The notes: generated by a model from the sequence alone, not told the origin. Positions 34,701 through 47,600 are shown, numbered from the whole stretch's first letter. The stretch is DNA of 58,366 nucleotides, filler included, from Bipalium vagum (GCA_037834085.1; 3 parts of 3 records of this genome joined end to end with filler, not necessarily neighbours in it); one strand, 5' to 3'. Translations and numbers: made by a program.

Positions 34701-36111
34701 GAAAGGTCTGGTCTCATCATTTTAAATCAACTTTAATCTTATTTTGAAATTTAATATCGATATTTATATTAATTAATATGTGTAAATTTTTAATACTCTT
34801 TGACACTATCCCAGATAATCCAATATTACTATTACCAATGTGACCTGCATTCATCCAATTTTCTTTTTGCTGAACAAGTGAGACTATTATGATATTGAAG
34901 CTTCTACTTCCACTATTATAAAGATTTTATCTTATCTTATGGAAATAATCCTTTATATGAAAAATGTAATTAAAAAATTAAAAATAATAATCAATTAATT
35001 AATTAATTTGTTAAGACAGTGGCAAGTAGACAATATATAATAAATAAAATTTTAAAAATAATATTAAATTAAATAATATAAAAATTACCTAATTAAAAAA
35101 ACTTTTTATAAAGTTTGAGCATAAATGTTAACATAAAAAATATTTAAATAATAAATATCAAATGAAAATAAAGATTAATAATAATTTTTATTTTTTAATT
35201 TTTCTATAATTTTCTATTTTATCCTAATAATATAATATTAATAAGTAATAATAAATTGGCAAAAATTCCGAGGCTAATTTGGAAGCTAATTTTATTATAA
35301 AAATCTGTTATTTTTTCATTGATTAAAAAGTAAGCTAATTTTAACTTATTCTTCCATTTCGTGTATCACACTTATGGAGAAATTCCTGTAAAAAATAACA
35401 CTTCAGGCTTGATTTTTTTTTATTACTTCACCATCAATTTTTTTATCTTAGATTGACGCAGGGCATTTAATAAAAATAAACAATAGTCTGTCAATAAAAT
35501 ATTGCAATTGATAATAAATACTTGAAACAAGCTACTTATGAAGTTGTAGGCAGAGATCATTGTTAATCTAAAGGCCATTGTGTTTCTAATTAATTCCTAA
35601 ATGAACAAAATCCGAGAAATTGATACCAAAAGATTTACACAAAAGATATATATTGAAAAATAATAAATAATAAAGTTAATTTTATCCACCCCCCAAAAAA
35701 AAATACATATTAAAATCTGGTTGTCAGCGCTAAAATCCCACAAAAGCCAACCCTTCAGATCACATGTTGCACTTAATGATTGATCTCGATATGAAAATCT
35801 GTTGAAATATAACGTTTACAATCGAAAATTCTCGATCAAAAAAATTGATCTTGAACATTCTTCAAATCATTATTATTTTGATCCGTGATCATTTTCAACG
35901 GAAAATAAATCATTGACATTAAATGATAACATGAACAAACATGAAAATATGAAACGTTTTCCATGGGTAATTTGTTTTCGAAAAATAATTTAAAAAATAA
36001 ATAAATAATAATAATAATAAAATAAAACAATATAACAGAACATGTCAAAGACAGAGACTTACTGTACATGGACAATTCTAACCACAAAGCAAAAACGAGG
36101 AAGCCCATCAT
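19674..36111 (-). CDS. FGFRL1-like: FGFR-like Ig receptor (FGFRL1 / nou-darake family), partial: complement(join(19674..19789,25499..25786,25834..25884,28712..28808,28962..29173,36063..36111)); rest of Ig3, TM and tail missing
   Basis: Signal peptide MMGFLVFALWLELSMYIYA. Ig1 reads QIGSTLKIVCPIQ...ISW...LQVKQLRLEDAGIYKCKGVTGYG. Ig2 reads DVGSSVEFDCLSAGYPSPEYLWMKG...LRINNIRLEYAGHYTCKVYNSLGQISYTYTLIV. Ig3 starts PRIVEDLNNVSAKV...KPIIQ. These resemble FGFRL1 motifs as I recall them (CPV, VKQV..EDAG.Y.CK, PVGSSV.L.C...G.P.P...WMK, KPVIQW). All five junctions are GT-AG and phase-consistent (1,0,1,1,1). A kinase-bearing FGFR cannot be excluded because the 3' end is absent. Confidence 0.85.
19894..20380 (+). 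mobile_element. Mariner 5' fragment
   Basis: MQEQRIYIKFCVRNQLNCSEVGKIMQKSF...RESVEDVKRAGRSKTS (ORF 20061..20321). Confidence 0.85.
21317..21720 (-). mobile_element. Mariner 3' fragment
   Basis: LHDNARSH (second D) and LAPTDFYLFKQLE (third D), ending in a TIR-like TAAGGTTGTTGCAAAAAAATAGCCG. Confidence 0.88.
24350..24640 (+). mobile_element. Mariner second-HTH fragment
   Basis: IDDSVLEEQVEGNTYPSMEDLAEVFGLKPITICRLLKS...KLEKWVP on the + strand. Confidence 0.8.
25499..25786 (-). CDS. FGFRL-like exon (Ig2)
   Basis: ttacag|AA...CGAG|gtagaa; complete I-set Ig domain, matching ORF 25479..25796. Confidence 0.95.
25834..25884 (-). CDS. FGFRL-like exon (Ig1-Ig2 linker)
   Basis: ttaag|AT...TTTA|gtaagt; DGKYCQMPLKQNSDVNF; phase 1-1; 47-nt intron to the next exon. 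Confidence 0.8.
26258..27077 (-). mobile_element. Mariner relic
   Basis: WCLNLSE (WVPHEL-like), NELEPFLKNLITGKEKW (ITGDEKW). Confidence 0.8.
27900..28550. mobile_element. Mariner fragments in both orientations
   Basis: + strand FKRGIENLSEH C-terminal motif near 28470; - strand HSPDMASCDFFLF near 28030-28075. Confidence 0.6.
28712..28808 (-). CDS. FGFRL-like exon (Ig1 C-terminal half)
   Basis: tcaaag|GTA...ACAG|gtataa; VKQLRLEDAGIYKCKGVTGYGVREATFYVKVT with the Ig D.G.Y.C motif. Confidence 0.93.
28962..29173 (-). CDS. FGFRL-like exon (Ig1 N-terminal half)
   Basis: ttccag|TA...CAG|gtaagt; lies within ORF 28863..29147. Confidence 0.92.
29245..29385. other. Scaffold gap
   Basis: Plain N run inside the first coding intron of the FGFRL-like gene. 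Confidence 0.99.
30400..31150 (+). mobile_element. ITmD37E-like transposon relic
   Basis: LVIIDDETYV at 30715-30744, KYPAKSLIWKAIS, and LATSH. Confidence 0.75.
31740..32330 (-). mobile_element. Tc1/mariner-superfamily (rosa/DD41D-like) relic
   Basis: Minus strand HLIQLDFILWEHLKTQIY, resembling PDL.PLDFFLWG.LK..VY. Confidence 0.6.
32750..33300 (-). mobile_element. Heavily decayed mariner
   Basis: IEDDHEI...ILLGVR HTH2 segment and a SDLYYYL third-D region remnant. Confidence 0.5.
36063..36111 (-). CDS. FGFRL-like first coding exon (signal peptide)
   Basis: ATG at 36111, MMGFLVFALWLELSMY then A|gtaagt; phase 1 joins exon 28962..29173 to give ...MYIYA-NDVIP. Confidence 0.8.
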
Positions 36112-37884
36112 CAACGTGTAGACCTATTGAAAATATTTTCCATGAAAACTGGAACGTGTTTCGCCAGTGAAGATCGGTCAAACGAAGGGTTTTTCTGTCT
36201 GGAACGTTGAGAAATCGAAGAAATATTGAGCATAAAATCTAATTATAAAAGGCTGGGAAAATTTTTCATGAACACTTAAATAATGAACCAAATGTTCTGC
36301 TTTCATTAAAATAGATATTTGGAAAAGTATCCTGCTGATATTATAATTTGGAATAATTGTCAATCATCAGACCAGGTCAAATCAGTATAAAGCAGTTGAA
36401 TAACATAACAATGGTTTTATATGGCATGATTTACAGTTACTAGGACTACTTGCATAATGTTAATTTATCATAAACATTATAATTTACCTAGGCTGAATGA
36501 TGATTACAAATCAATCCAACAATGATTGGCACTTTTAAATGTGATATGTTTTTGTGTGACATTAAGTTTTATTTATGTTACTCATATAAAATATCTACGA
36601 CATCATTTATATGGACACCTGTGTCATATTTATTCAAAGAAAAACTTCACAAAGATAAAATGTAAGTCAATATTTCTTTCAATTTGCCCCGTTTTCAGAT
36701 GCCAATAAATCCCAGCAAAAAATGTTTATTATATTATGAATGTTTATTATAAATAAAATTATATTTATATAAATATATATATATATAATAAATAGTATCT
36801 TTGGTTTTGTTTAAATAAATGATATTATTTTTTGCTTTTATCGTATTGATTATTTTAAATATTAGCAAATTTTTTGTGTTATCGTTCTCTTAATTTATGA
36901 ATCGATGTTTAATTAATTAATTGAAACTGGTTTCCATGTCTTTACAAATGATAATATTTTCCTGAAGAGAATATGACATTAGCTTACATGGTTATAAATA
37001 CGTCATTAAAACAAGTCAATTAATATATGTTATAAACCAATGATGGAAAAAAAACTTGTAATAATTAAAAATTGTTTTAATTAACTGATTATTGTTGGAT
37101 GATAAATTTTTATTTTATATAAAAATTCGAATTTGTTATAATCTTGTTATGTTTTTATGATTTTCTTTTTTCTTTTAAATATATTAATCACGACATAATT
37201 AATAATTACCGATTATTTGTTGATAATTTTTCTTTGATTACAAGTAAATGTGTCGCAGGATACATCGCAATTTATCCAGCCCGTGAAAAACACCTTATTG
37301 TATATTCTTATTGTGTTTGACTGATACAAAACTACGATTCGACATTAATTGGGTGGCCATCTGTCCATGACCACTCAAATATTTTGTGATTCCAATAAAA
37401 TTTTTACATTAAAACGAATATTAGGAGAGTAAAATGTTTAAGCGTCGAAAATAGAGCAATATGGATAAATTAGAAAGTATTGTGAAAAGTTATTATGATT
37501 TCAGTGTCAAAAATGTATGAGATTAATTTTCTTCTTTCAACATTTACTTATTTAAAAGTCTGCCAAACCTAAACTAATATTTTTAAAAAACTTCAATTAT
37601 CAGCTAATTCTTAACTCTTTGATAATTTAAAATCAACCTGACTAATAGTTGGTATAATCAAGAAAAACCAGTAAACCAATAGAGTATATTTATAGCACAA
37701 TACAATGTTAATTCATTAACAAACGAGTAACTATGAAATCAGTTAAGAAATTGTCATAATCGATAACGAAATGTTAATAAAAGAAAACAAATATTCACAC
37801 CTTAATTGTTAATTATTGTCAAAAATCACAATTAATGTAAATAATAGTTAACACAAAAATACTAAAGAACAAAGATTTGTATAA

Positions 37885-39243
37885 TGTAAACTTTAAAGTA
37901 TTACGTTTTAAAGTGTTAAAGTTAACTATGAAACCTTTCATAACACTTAACTCGTTAGTTTACTGACTGAAAATAATTGAATGAAAACGATCACAATAAA
38001 AGTTTGTTTTCTAACACAAAGATACACGAATGAATGCCGCACAACAAATCAATCTCAAATCCCAAAGTATCACCAACAATTAATGAATATAAAATCGAGC
38101 CAAATACCAAATTATCAATTCAAATGTAATCAAAGAGAATCAGAACAATAAATAAAGTCAAATATAATCAATCGATCAAATCAATTTTAAATTGTTTAAA
38201 AGTAAAATAAAAAGATAGTAAAAAAAGTACTAAAACTCTCACCGCTTTAAAAGATAACAGTCCTGGGTCGTTTGATGAGCCTGAACCGGGAAGCTCATAA
38301 ACTCCCTAATAGTGCAGGGCTCTTCCTTTACACCTGACGACTAAAAATAATAGACATAAAATAAAACTTGCAAATATACCTCTGACACTAATAGTTTTCT
38401 CGACACAAATGGTTCTTCTGTTTTGTCCGTTTTGTCTCGGCTTGGAGATAGCGTTGGGAATTGTAAGCTATTGATGGAAATAGCCGTCTCGAGTCGTGGG
38501 GATTAGTGAATTTACCCCAATCTACACGACTAAATATTCTCATGCATGGCCCATTATTAAAAGAATTTTTGAAGCGACTCTTGACGATTTAAAGAAGACA
38601 TTTACAAGAGGATCGAAAATTTATCTAAGAAGAAAGCATACCATTTGTGGACGACAAGGACAAGCTAGGAATTATTCAACGACGACTACGGAGATTGGAG
38701 TAATATTTGTCTTTCTTTCCTTTTGCCAAAATATGCCAACGGAACATGATTTTTACAAGGGGGCCCAACGAGCTTACGAATCCCTAGACGACCTGAGAAT
38801 GGCCTAGTGGACGACCCGTGGACTCCTTGTCGCTCTGGACGAGGTCATTTTAATTTTATTTTAATCGATTTTATTCAGTTTTGTTTTAGTGATTAATATT
38901 GATTTAATATTTTCTTTTGAATATCATAACTTTTTCTGACATTCGTTTACATTGACTTGAGTTTTCAGACAGTGAATCAGTGTTGGATTTTGTGTGGAAT
39001 TGATTTAAATTGTGATTTTTGGTGGTTTATGTGGCTATAATAAAGTTTTATTGTGATATGCTTTGATTCAATCACATTTTATTGTGAGGATTTTGATGTT
39101 AACCAAGTTACGAGCATAACTTCAGTCAGGCGAGGACTCACTGATAGGCGAGCGCAAGTTACATTAATGAGCTATCATAGTAACAATGCTAAATCGGCCA
39201 CTAATTGCCAACCCTAATATAATCTTGACAATTCGATATCACA
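37885..39243. mobile_element. Putative nested solo LTRs: outer (- strand, 39243 to 37885) interrupted by an inverted related LTR (+ strand, 38462..39163)
   Basis: Inner ends TGTAA...GTTACA; outer ends TGTGATATC...GTTTACA. Both share an inverted ~30-nt motif about 106 nt from their 3' ends and show mirrored A/T strand skew. No clean TSDs. Confidence 0.5.
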
Positions 39244-39961
39244 AGGATAAAAAAATATTTTATTATTATTATTATTATTAATTTATGTACGTTAAATTAT
39301 TATTATTACTATCCTATTTCAGACCCTTAAGCGTCTTTTAATTAATTAATTTATTGTTATTATTATATTCTGGACCCTTTAGTGATCTTATAATTTAAAG
39401 GATTAAAGAGTTGTACCCTTGTTCAACCCAACAAAAGAAAAACAAAAACAAAACCTTCACAGATATTACTCCTTTTATTACCTATGTTCCTATGATTCAC
39501 TATCATTCTCCTGGTGAATATAATCAGGTAGCATGATATGAAAATAAAAAGTACTTGAAAAAAGTCTGCTGACGTAGGTTCGGTTATATAATTTATTTTA
39601 AAAATAAAATCTTCTGATAATTTTTCTTGGACAAACCATTAGACAAAATTAAAACCGATATTCTTTCTATTTGTTTTTCTCTGTGACTCTGGGTTGATTT
39701 TGGAGAGTATTAATTTTAAGTATTAATTTTTGTAATCCTTAAACTATGTGATGTTATTAATATTTCTTTAATTGGAGTTTATACTCTTTAAATTCACTTA
39801 AATTTCTAAGGTAAATGCCAAGAAATAATGTTAAGAGTACTTGACATTATTTTGGATTTTCCAAAACACTTCAAGCGTTCTTCAATTAAAATTATTTCCT
39901 TTAGAAGATTTTCGAAATTTTTACAATATGTAAACTTAAAGTGTATTTTTGCTATTTCACT

Positions 39962-39963
<2 letters not shown>

Positions 39964-39995
<32 letters not shown>
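39964..39995. repeat. (TAT)n microsatellite at contig end
   Basis: Tandem TAT running into the spacer. Confidence 0.95.
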
Positions 39996-40095
39996 NNNNN
40001 NNNNNNNNNNNNNNNNNNNNNNNNNNNNNNNNNNNNNNNTTAATTAATTAANNNNNNNNNNNNNNNNNNNNNNNNNNNNNNNNNNNNNNNNNNNN
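39996..40095. other. Artificial contig-join spacer
   Basis: Identical 44N-TTAATTAATTAA-44N layout. Confidence 0.97.
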
Positions 40096-41374
40096 ATAAT
40101 TGGCAAAAAATTGTTGATTCTGATGGAAATTATTTTGTTTAATAAAGTTGATTTTTAAAAAAGTTATGACTTCTTAAAGTAAAATATAAACCTAAATTAC
40201 TCTTTTGGAAACCTAATAAAATTGACAATATTATTAACAACAAATTTCAAACTTGATAACTAAATAAATAATCATCACTGCTTCTCATAACTTTGAATAT
40301 CTAACTCAATAAGACAAATAATTTAAAAATCTCATCCATTGTTGACTTCGAAACAGAGATTCAAAAAGTAATTCAGATTTAATAAAATAAAATCACATGA
40401 AAAAGATTTAAGAGAAAAATAGCAGTTTGAAAATGGAAATTTATAAATTTTAACTTTTACTAGTTGGAAAGATAAAGATATGTTACGAAAACCTAAAAAC
40501 ATATATATTAAAAGTAAAATTATTGCAAAATAAGAGATTTTAACGTCACAGATATAATAAGACTGTTAAGTTAATGATATCATAAAGAAACACAGTTTCA
40601 TTTTGGTATTCAGAAGAACTTAAAAATAATTAATGAGTACTGCTTAGATTTGAGAAGTTCATACTTGGAAAATTATGAAGTTTTGTAGAAAAAAAGGTTA
40701 GATTGTTTTGAAGATCCATGCAAAATGCAAAAATTGAGCTCCACGATAAAGAAAAATTACTACACTACTACATAAAGAAATTTTACTACATTATGCTTAA
40801 AGGATTTGATGGAACGGAATGACAAAAATAATGTTTTTTATCAAGAACTCGGAAAAAAACTAAGAAAAAATAGAAATAATGATATCCTTTGAATAACAGT
40901 GATGAATAAAAGAATAAGATACATTCTGGATAATTTGCAAATATTAGTCAAAGCTTATTAATTGAGATAAGGAAGATGGAATGGATATATGGAAAAATCA
41001 ATAAAAAATACCTCAGGCAGAAATTTTTTTGATACAAAAGAAAATTTTTTTTCCCGAAAGAAATTTATTTTCAACGGAAAAGTCCGTTTTACCAGAATTA
41101 GAACTTTATATTTATATAAAATAATTAGAACATATAAGTCATAGATTCTATATATTATGAAGAAAAAGTTAAATGGATTTAAATAATATCATATGAATAG
41201 TGATAATCATTAATAATAATCATTTTAATAACGTTGGTTAATAGTAAAATTTATAATATTGATTATTTGTTGTCTTTATATTGATTAATCCTATATATAT
41301 AAAATCTAAAAAATAAAAATTTAAAAAATGAAAGAAAAAATAATAAAACACTTAAACAATGTTGTAATTCCAAC

Positions 41375-41614
41375 CTTGCAGCTTGATAGTGACGCTTTTG
41401 AATTCCATTAGAACACTCCTCCGTCAAGACGGTATAATCCTCTTGTCGACATTCGGGACATGCGTGTTTTGATAACAAAAGAAAATGAAAGTTGCAACCA
41501 TCACAAGTCTCAATAGGACATTTTGGTGGTAATAACAAATTGTTCTTCGATGCAGAAAGATCACACCTTAAAGTCACAATAGTGCCATAGCCATTTTTGC
41601 AATTTTCATTTATT
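41375..41614 (-). CDS. ELAPOR-family exon (end of MRH domain plus Cys-rich)
   Basis: INENCKNGYGTIVTLRCD...TCDGCNFHFL...ACPEC...CSNGIQKRHYQAAR; donor gttgga is weaker. Confidence 0.92.
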
Positions 41615-44600
41615 CTACAAGCGTTACGTCTTTACATTTACTAAATGAGAACTGACAATTACCGTTTACTCCTCATATGAAAATGAAGATCCATTCCATT
41701 GTAATCACCGGGGAACCCTTTAGACACAAGAGATTCGTTCATTTTCCTCCAGTAATCAATAGATGAATTCGATTGCTTAACTTCAATGAACTCATTTACC
41801 ATACTGTGGAATATAATATAAATAATATTTAATTGATAATTATTAATCTTTTTACAAATAGATTACAAAATTTTTTAATAATATAATATTCTAATTATTT
41901 AAATGTATTTTCAGAAACGCCTTAATTGTGACTTTTATTGTGAGCTTTTCAAGAATGATTAATTATGTATGTTTGGAAATAAAGTTTTGATTTCAATTTC
42001 CAAAGTTTTTTTTATCTAAATTACTGTTCAAGCATTGTCTATTTATTTGCCTACTTTTAAAATGTTTTCACAGAATTCTATTTTCTGCATTTTATAGAAT
42101 GAAATCTGTACCCCAAACACCATATTAGGAGAATATTTTATTTTTAATATTCATTTTGTAGAAAATTCGTATAGATACACATTACAGTGATCAAAAATTT
42201 CTGAAATATCAAAAAACGAAAATTACGTTTTTTCCAATTCTCTGTGCACTTCTCATATTCAATTCTTGTAACTTGTTGTTTTTTTGTTATTAATTCTTGC
42301 TTTTTGTCTTTAAATTTCCTTTGGTTTTTATTTTATTGCTTCAATCGACTGACACCGAAGGCCATGAAGTTGAAGTACTTATCAAGTATTTACACAGAAA
42401 CTATAAACAATCAGAGAAGTGTGAACTAGAGCATTACCATGATGGAAGATCTAGGAGTTTTCTATCCACATTTCAAATATTTGCAAGCGTATTGCTTGAC
42501 ATAGTCTTTCCATATCACCTAGATGATACTTCGCTTTCACTGTTTGGCCTATATGGAGAAATTCATATTGAAAAAACCACTAATGTAAAAAATCCGGCTG
42601 ACAAAACTTTGGTCTCAAAAGGGCATCTCACGAACTTATCAATGGTCAAAAAAGAAGTGTTTTTCAATATATAAAATGCTCATTTTCAAACTAGAAAATG
42701 AAGAATTCTTATGATGATAAGATGAAATCTTAGGATAATCGGGTGACGAGTATTAGGTTATGTAAGACAACTCCAATCATAAAAGGCAAGGGTATTCACC
42801 TGGCCAAAAATCTATGATCACTAAAAAACCAAATATTCATATGCATTTCTAGTTGCTGTAATTTGTTAAAACAATAGTTTTGAGTGTGTATTTTGCTCAT
42901 TTGAAGAGATTTAAAGATGAAATTCAAAAAAGATGAATGTAAATCGAAATAAATTCATTATTCATTAAGAAGACATCATAAAGAAACCAGTTCCGAAGAT
43001 TAACGACTTTAACTGGGAACTTTTATCTTAATATCCTTACGGCCAGGGCATAGAACATTCTGATTATCATCTTTTCTTGGCAATGCAAAATCTGAAAACA
43101 CGTCGTTTCTTATTAAGCTAAAAATACTGCTATTTTTGATTTTAAGTCAGTAAATTTTTATAAGTACAGTATAATAAAAGTGCTTTGTAAATGGAATGAC
43201 ATTTTAGATAACAACCGTTCCTATGTATTTAATTAATAAATATGTTCTGTTATTTTTTAAAAAGTTTTTGTGTAAAACAACATTATTTATCTGCAGACCT
43301 AAAAATTAATTTTGGCCTAATATAAAACAATATAAAGTTGACGGTAATCATAAAAAAATTTTCCCAAATAATATAATCATAATTGTTAAAAATAAATAAT
43401 AATATAAAACCAGTAGTAAGCATACTCACCGTAATGACTGCATGGCATATGTCGTTCCATTTTCCAATTTCGGTGAGATCAAGGTCAATCGACACATGGG
43501 TCCAGTTTCATCATAAAAATTTTCCTTTTATTAAAAATACACATCTCAAATAGTCATTTAAAGTCAAATTCCCAATAATAAAAGCCCAATAACCAACATT
43601 CAAAACCATTCCAATATATAAATATTTTAAATTAATATTCTACAATCAAAAATCATAATAAGTGGAAATTAAAAATCAATTAATTAAAGATTATAATTTC
43701 TTTATTTAGATAAACAAATCGCAAGTAATTTTAAAACATAATTAATAAATAAAAGAAAGATGTAAAATTTAATAAATCAATTTTCGTTAAATCCCAAATG
43801 AGTATTGATAATTCCTGGAAGATTATAATTATAAATTTAACTCAGAAATTGCAAGGTCGTAAAGACATTCCTATTCATTGATTTCAGATTTGTTGATAAA
43901 TAGATTCTAATGAAATATTCCAATTTTATTATTTTTATTTCACCCATAAATAATTGATTCCCAAATACTTTAATGTAAAAGATGCTTATAATTGTAAAAA
44001 TATTAAAGAAAATTTGTATATACATAAAGAAGTGACTGGATGGTTTGTCTATATAGTTACAAGTGGTTAATCTATGGGCTTACAAACTCCCTAGAAGAAA
44101 GTGAAATAATAAAGGAATCACGAATAATTAAAGCGATAAACAAAATAATGTATCACAAATGCAAGGTTAGATCTTTTATACCAATTAATATTCACAAATA
44201 CAACCAATAATTATTTAATTAATAAATTACCTTCTTGATTTTCTGTAATTTGATATTGTGACTCTTAATCTGCTCATGTTTCTTCATTATATCAATTTTA
44301 AAAGTGCTAAGACCATATAAAATCTCATTTCAAACAAAATTTTTGACAACCGAATTTTATTTGCGGTATTAAAAATATTTAATAAGATATATAATATACA
44401 TTAAGGCAGTATTAAATTAGTTTTTTCTAAAGAAAAAAAAGAATTCAAGAATGGACAAAATCAATATTAAAAGTGTACGAAACTAATAAATATTTATGTA
44501 AGATATTTCACATTAAACCTGTTTCAAATTAAACATAAATGCTTGAATGACCCAAATAATAACCTTGTTTATAAATAAATGTTAATTAAAAATGGTTTCC

Positions 44601-47600
44601 TCGTGATTTATAATTCACAAGCATATTTTTTTATGTAGATAAATCTGAAAATTAATTTTTTTTTAAATTTATAACTAGAAGTCATGAATGCTACAGTGTT
44701 TATTTATTTCAGTTTTGAGTTTGCATGGTTGAAATATTCCTGTTCATATAATCATGTTCCCGTATCTGAAAAACTGTTTCATTTCTATAACCAGTGTTAT
44801 TAATGTCTATTTATCTATTAAAATATTATTTACAACTTTGAAAAATCTGAACCTCCTCAATCAAAGAAACATTGTTTCCAGATTATTTTTAAAAAATTAT
44901 CTTTGTAATATTAGAACTGGTTCATTTATTGATTTATTATTATATTTCATGATATTTCGATATTACATTGATATTATTATACATTATAAAATTATAATTA
45001 ATTTTTTTCTAATGAGAATTATATTAATAACGCATCACAGTATTTATATTAATTTTTGCTAAGCAATTCCTACAAAAAATATCAAATAAAAGTTAATTTA
45101 ATTTTAAAATTTGAATAAAAATACAATTCATATTTTTTCTTCGAAATATTTTGTTTTTCCAGTGTCAGTGTTAATTTGGCATTAGTAAGGCAGACAATAA
45201 CAAAAATGACATTGAAAACGTTCTCATTTCCAAAGAAATGCAATGTAATTCTGTATTCAAAAGAATTTCCATTATTATTTTATATTATTGTGTCAAGTTA
45301 TTTTTAATCTATGCAATAAAGACTGAATTATTTATTAAAAATAAAAATCAACTCAAAATTTAACGTGAAACACTAATTGAGTTTGGATTCAGCTTTCGAT
45401 TTACTATTATAAATATAATATTATAAAAAATCATAATTCGGTGAGAAAATATAAAAATCCCATCTCCAAACATCGTTAAGTTATAATTTACTATTATTGA
45501 GATAAAATAAAACTAATAACATACTGACACAATGAATTCACTGTCATTCGAGATCTAGTAGGAAAAGAAATAAAATATATTAAGCAACGAACTCTGATAA
45601 CGCTAGATAAACATATATAGATTGTAGGCTAAACAGCTTAAAATTATGCGTTACATTACGTTCTTTAAGTGCACGTCAAAACCGCTTTGCAAAAACATAA
45701 TTGTATTAAAAACTCAATTTTAAGGAATTTTTCTTTTTTTTCTAATTTACATAAAGATAAAACCTGAATCTTATTATGCATTTCACACGTTTCTTCAGCT
45801 GTTGGAAAAAAGAGTTGAGAACTGCGGAACACATAAGATCATTCTTATTCACAATGTCCACAGAATCTAAGAAGTCAAAAGATCTATCTCAGTTAATTCC
45901 CCTTAGATATACAATTACTCGAAAAAAAGTACTTGATTAGGAAGATTGATTAAAAAACGGATAGGTACACAAATATTAAAGAGTGTATTTTGTAAAAATT
46001 TTCTCGCAAAAAATATTTTCTTCATATGTTTAGAAACAATTATTTCTATTCCCAAAAGGAATACTGATCCCAAAAGAAATATGTACTGTTGTAAATGACT
46101 TTGACATTAAACATCAATCATGAATTTTGATGATTTCATAATTTCTGATTTACTATGACAAACGTCATGGGAAACCAGGATAAATTAAATATAAACTTAA
46201 AATTCATGTCTCTCCTTAAAATTATCATTTTCTGAATATAGTGGAAATATCTACATAAAATTTAATTGTAAACATCATCAGGCATAACAGATCCATCAAT
46301 GAATTATAATGTACTTCTTATTTATTTTAATCTAGTTAAAACCCAAACGAAGAAATAAGAATGTTACTATAATATAATGAAACTTATAAAGTGAAACGAA
46401 GCTCAATTATTAAGCAGAGAAAGACACTCTTTGTAATAAAGAGAAGTTCATAAAATGTTATTTTACTTTTAAAAAATATAATATATTTTAAAGAGGAATT
46501 GAGCAATTTTTCACTTTCAATTTACTAAGCTTAAAATAAGTGTATTACGAGTAATTAATTCTTTTTTCAATGTCAAAATGCCAACCATCAATCTAATAAT
46601 GTCTAATAATCTCAATTTTGATAACTCAAGTGGTTGTAACACATTTAAATATATTTTAAAAAAACCAACAATAAAAATTATTGTAAAAATGAAAGTGGAA
46701 CGTAATTAAATATTAAAAAATTTTTAAAAATTATTTTTATTTAATGGGCAAAATACCCATTAACTAATCAAATTTAAATATATACTAAAATTTATTCAAT
46801 ATCTGAGAGAGGTTTTATGATTAAAATGAAATATTGTCATTGGTAAAACATGATTTATGTATGCAGTATTGACTAATTTTTTTTGGAATTTATGTAATAT
46901 ATTAGAAATATAAATAAATAACGAAAAAGTATATAATATGAATATTTTCATTATATTGTTAAACAAAATAAATGACTTATTGATTATGCTGAATTTTTAG
47001 TTATTTGCTTAAGTTTATTAAACATTTCTTATTAATAATTATTCCATTTGAATTAATAAATCACGTTTTTTCAAAATAAATTATTATTAATTTAATAAAA
47101 ATAATATATAATAATAATATTATTATTGAATAAATATTTAAGATTGATTAGAAATAAATTTATAAACATAAGATTATATATTTCTATTATATTGGTTAAG
47201 TTACTTTTTATTATAATAAGCAATTTTAAATTTTATTATGCATATTTGCCTCATTTACATTATAATAATTTATTAATATTTTCTTTCATTTCATTCATTT
47301 TTTGTTAAAAAATAGGCTTAGAAATATGGATGACCAAAAATACGAAAATTCGCTTTCATATTTTATATGGTTTTAAGCAGAGTAAGACTGCTGCAGAATA
47401 ATACTAAACAATATGCAATGTCTGGTGATGATATTTTTATTAGTAATAATCAATGCAGGAAATGGTCTCAAAGATTTACATATTGAAATGTTGGACTGAA
47501 AATGATCAACATGAACGACATCCTCAAACTTTAGATGATGATTTTAAAAAAGTCATTGTGACAGATCCTGAACAAATTACACGAGATTTTGCTGAGAGGT

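Noticed and set aside
36400-37400. TCF/LEF-like CTTTGAA-type site upstream of the FGFRL gene, suggesting Wnt regulation
   Set aside because: Such 7-mers are expected by chance in DNA this AT-rich; conservation or ChIP data would be needed.
38496-38807. 103-aa + strand ORF as a host gene
   Set aside because: GTG start, no recognisable domain, and it lies within the putative LTR whose inverted homologue is frameshifted.
40096-41100. A-rich skewed stretch resembling a decayed LINE ORF2
   Set aside because: Only a faint PAEFF-like remnant is visible, which is too degenerate to call.
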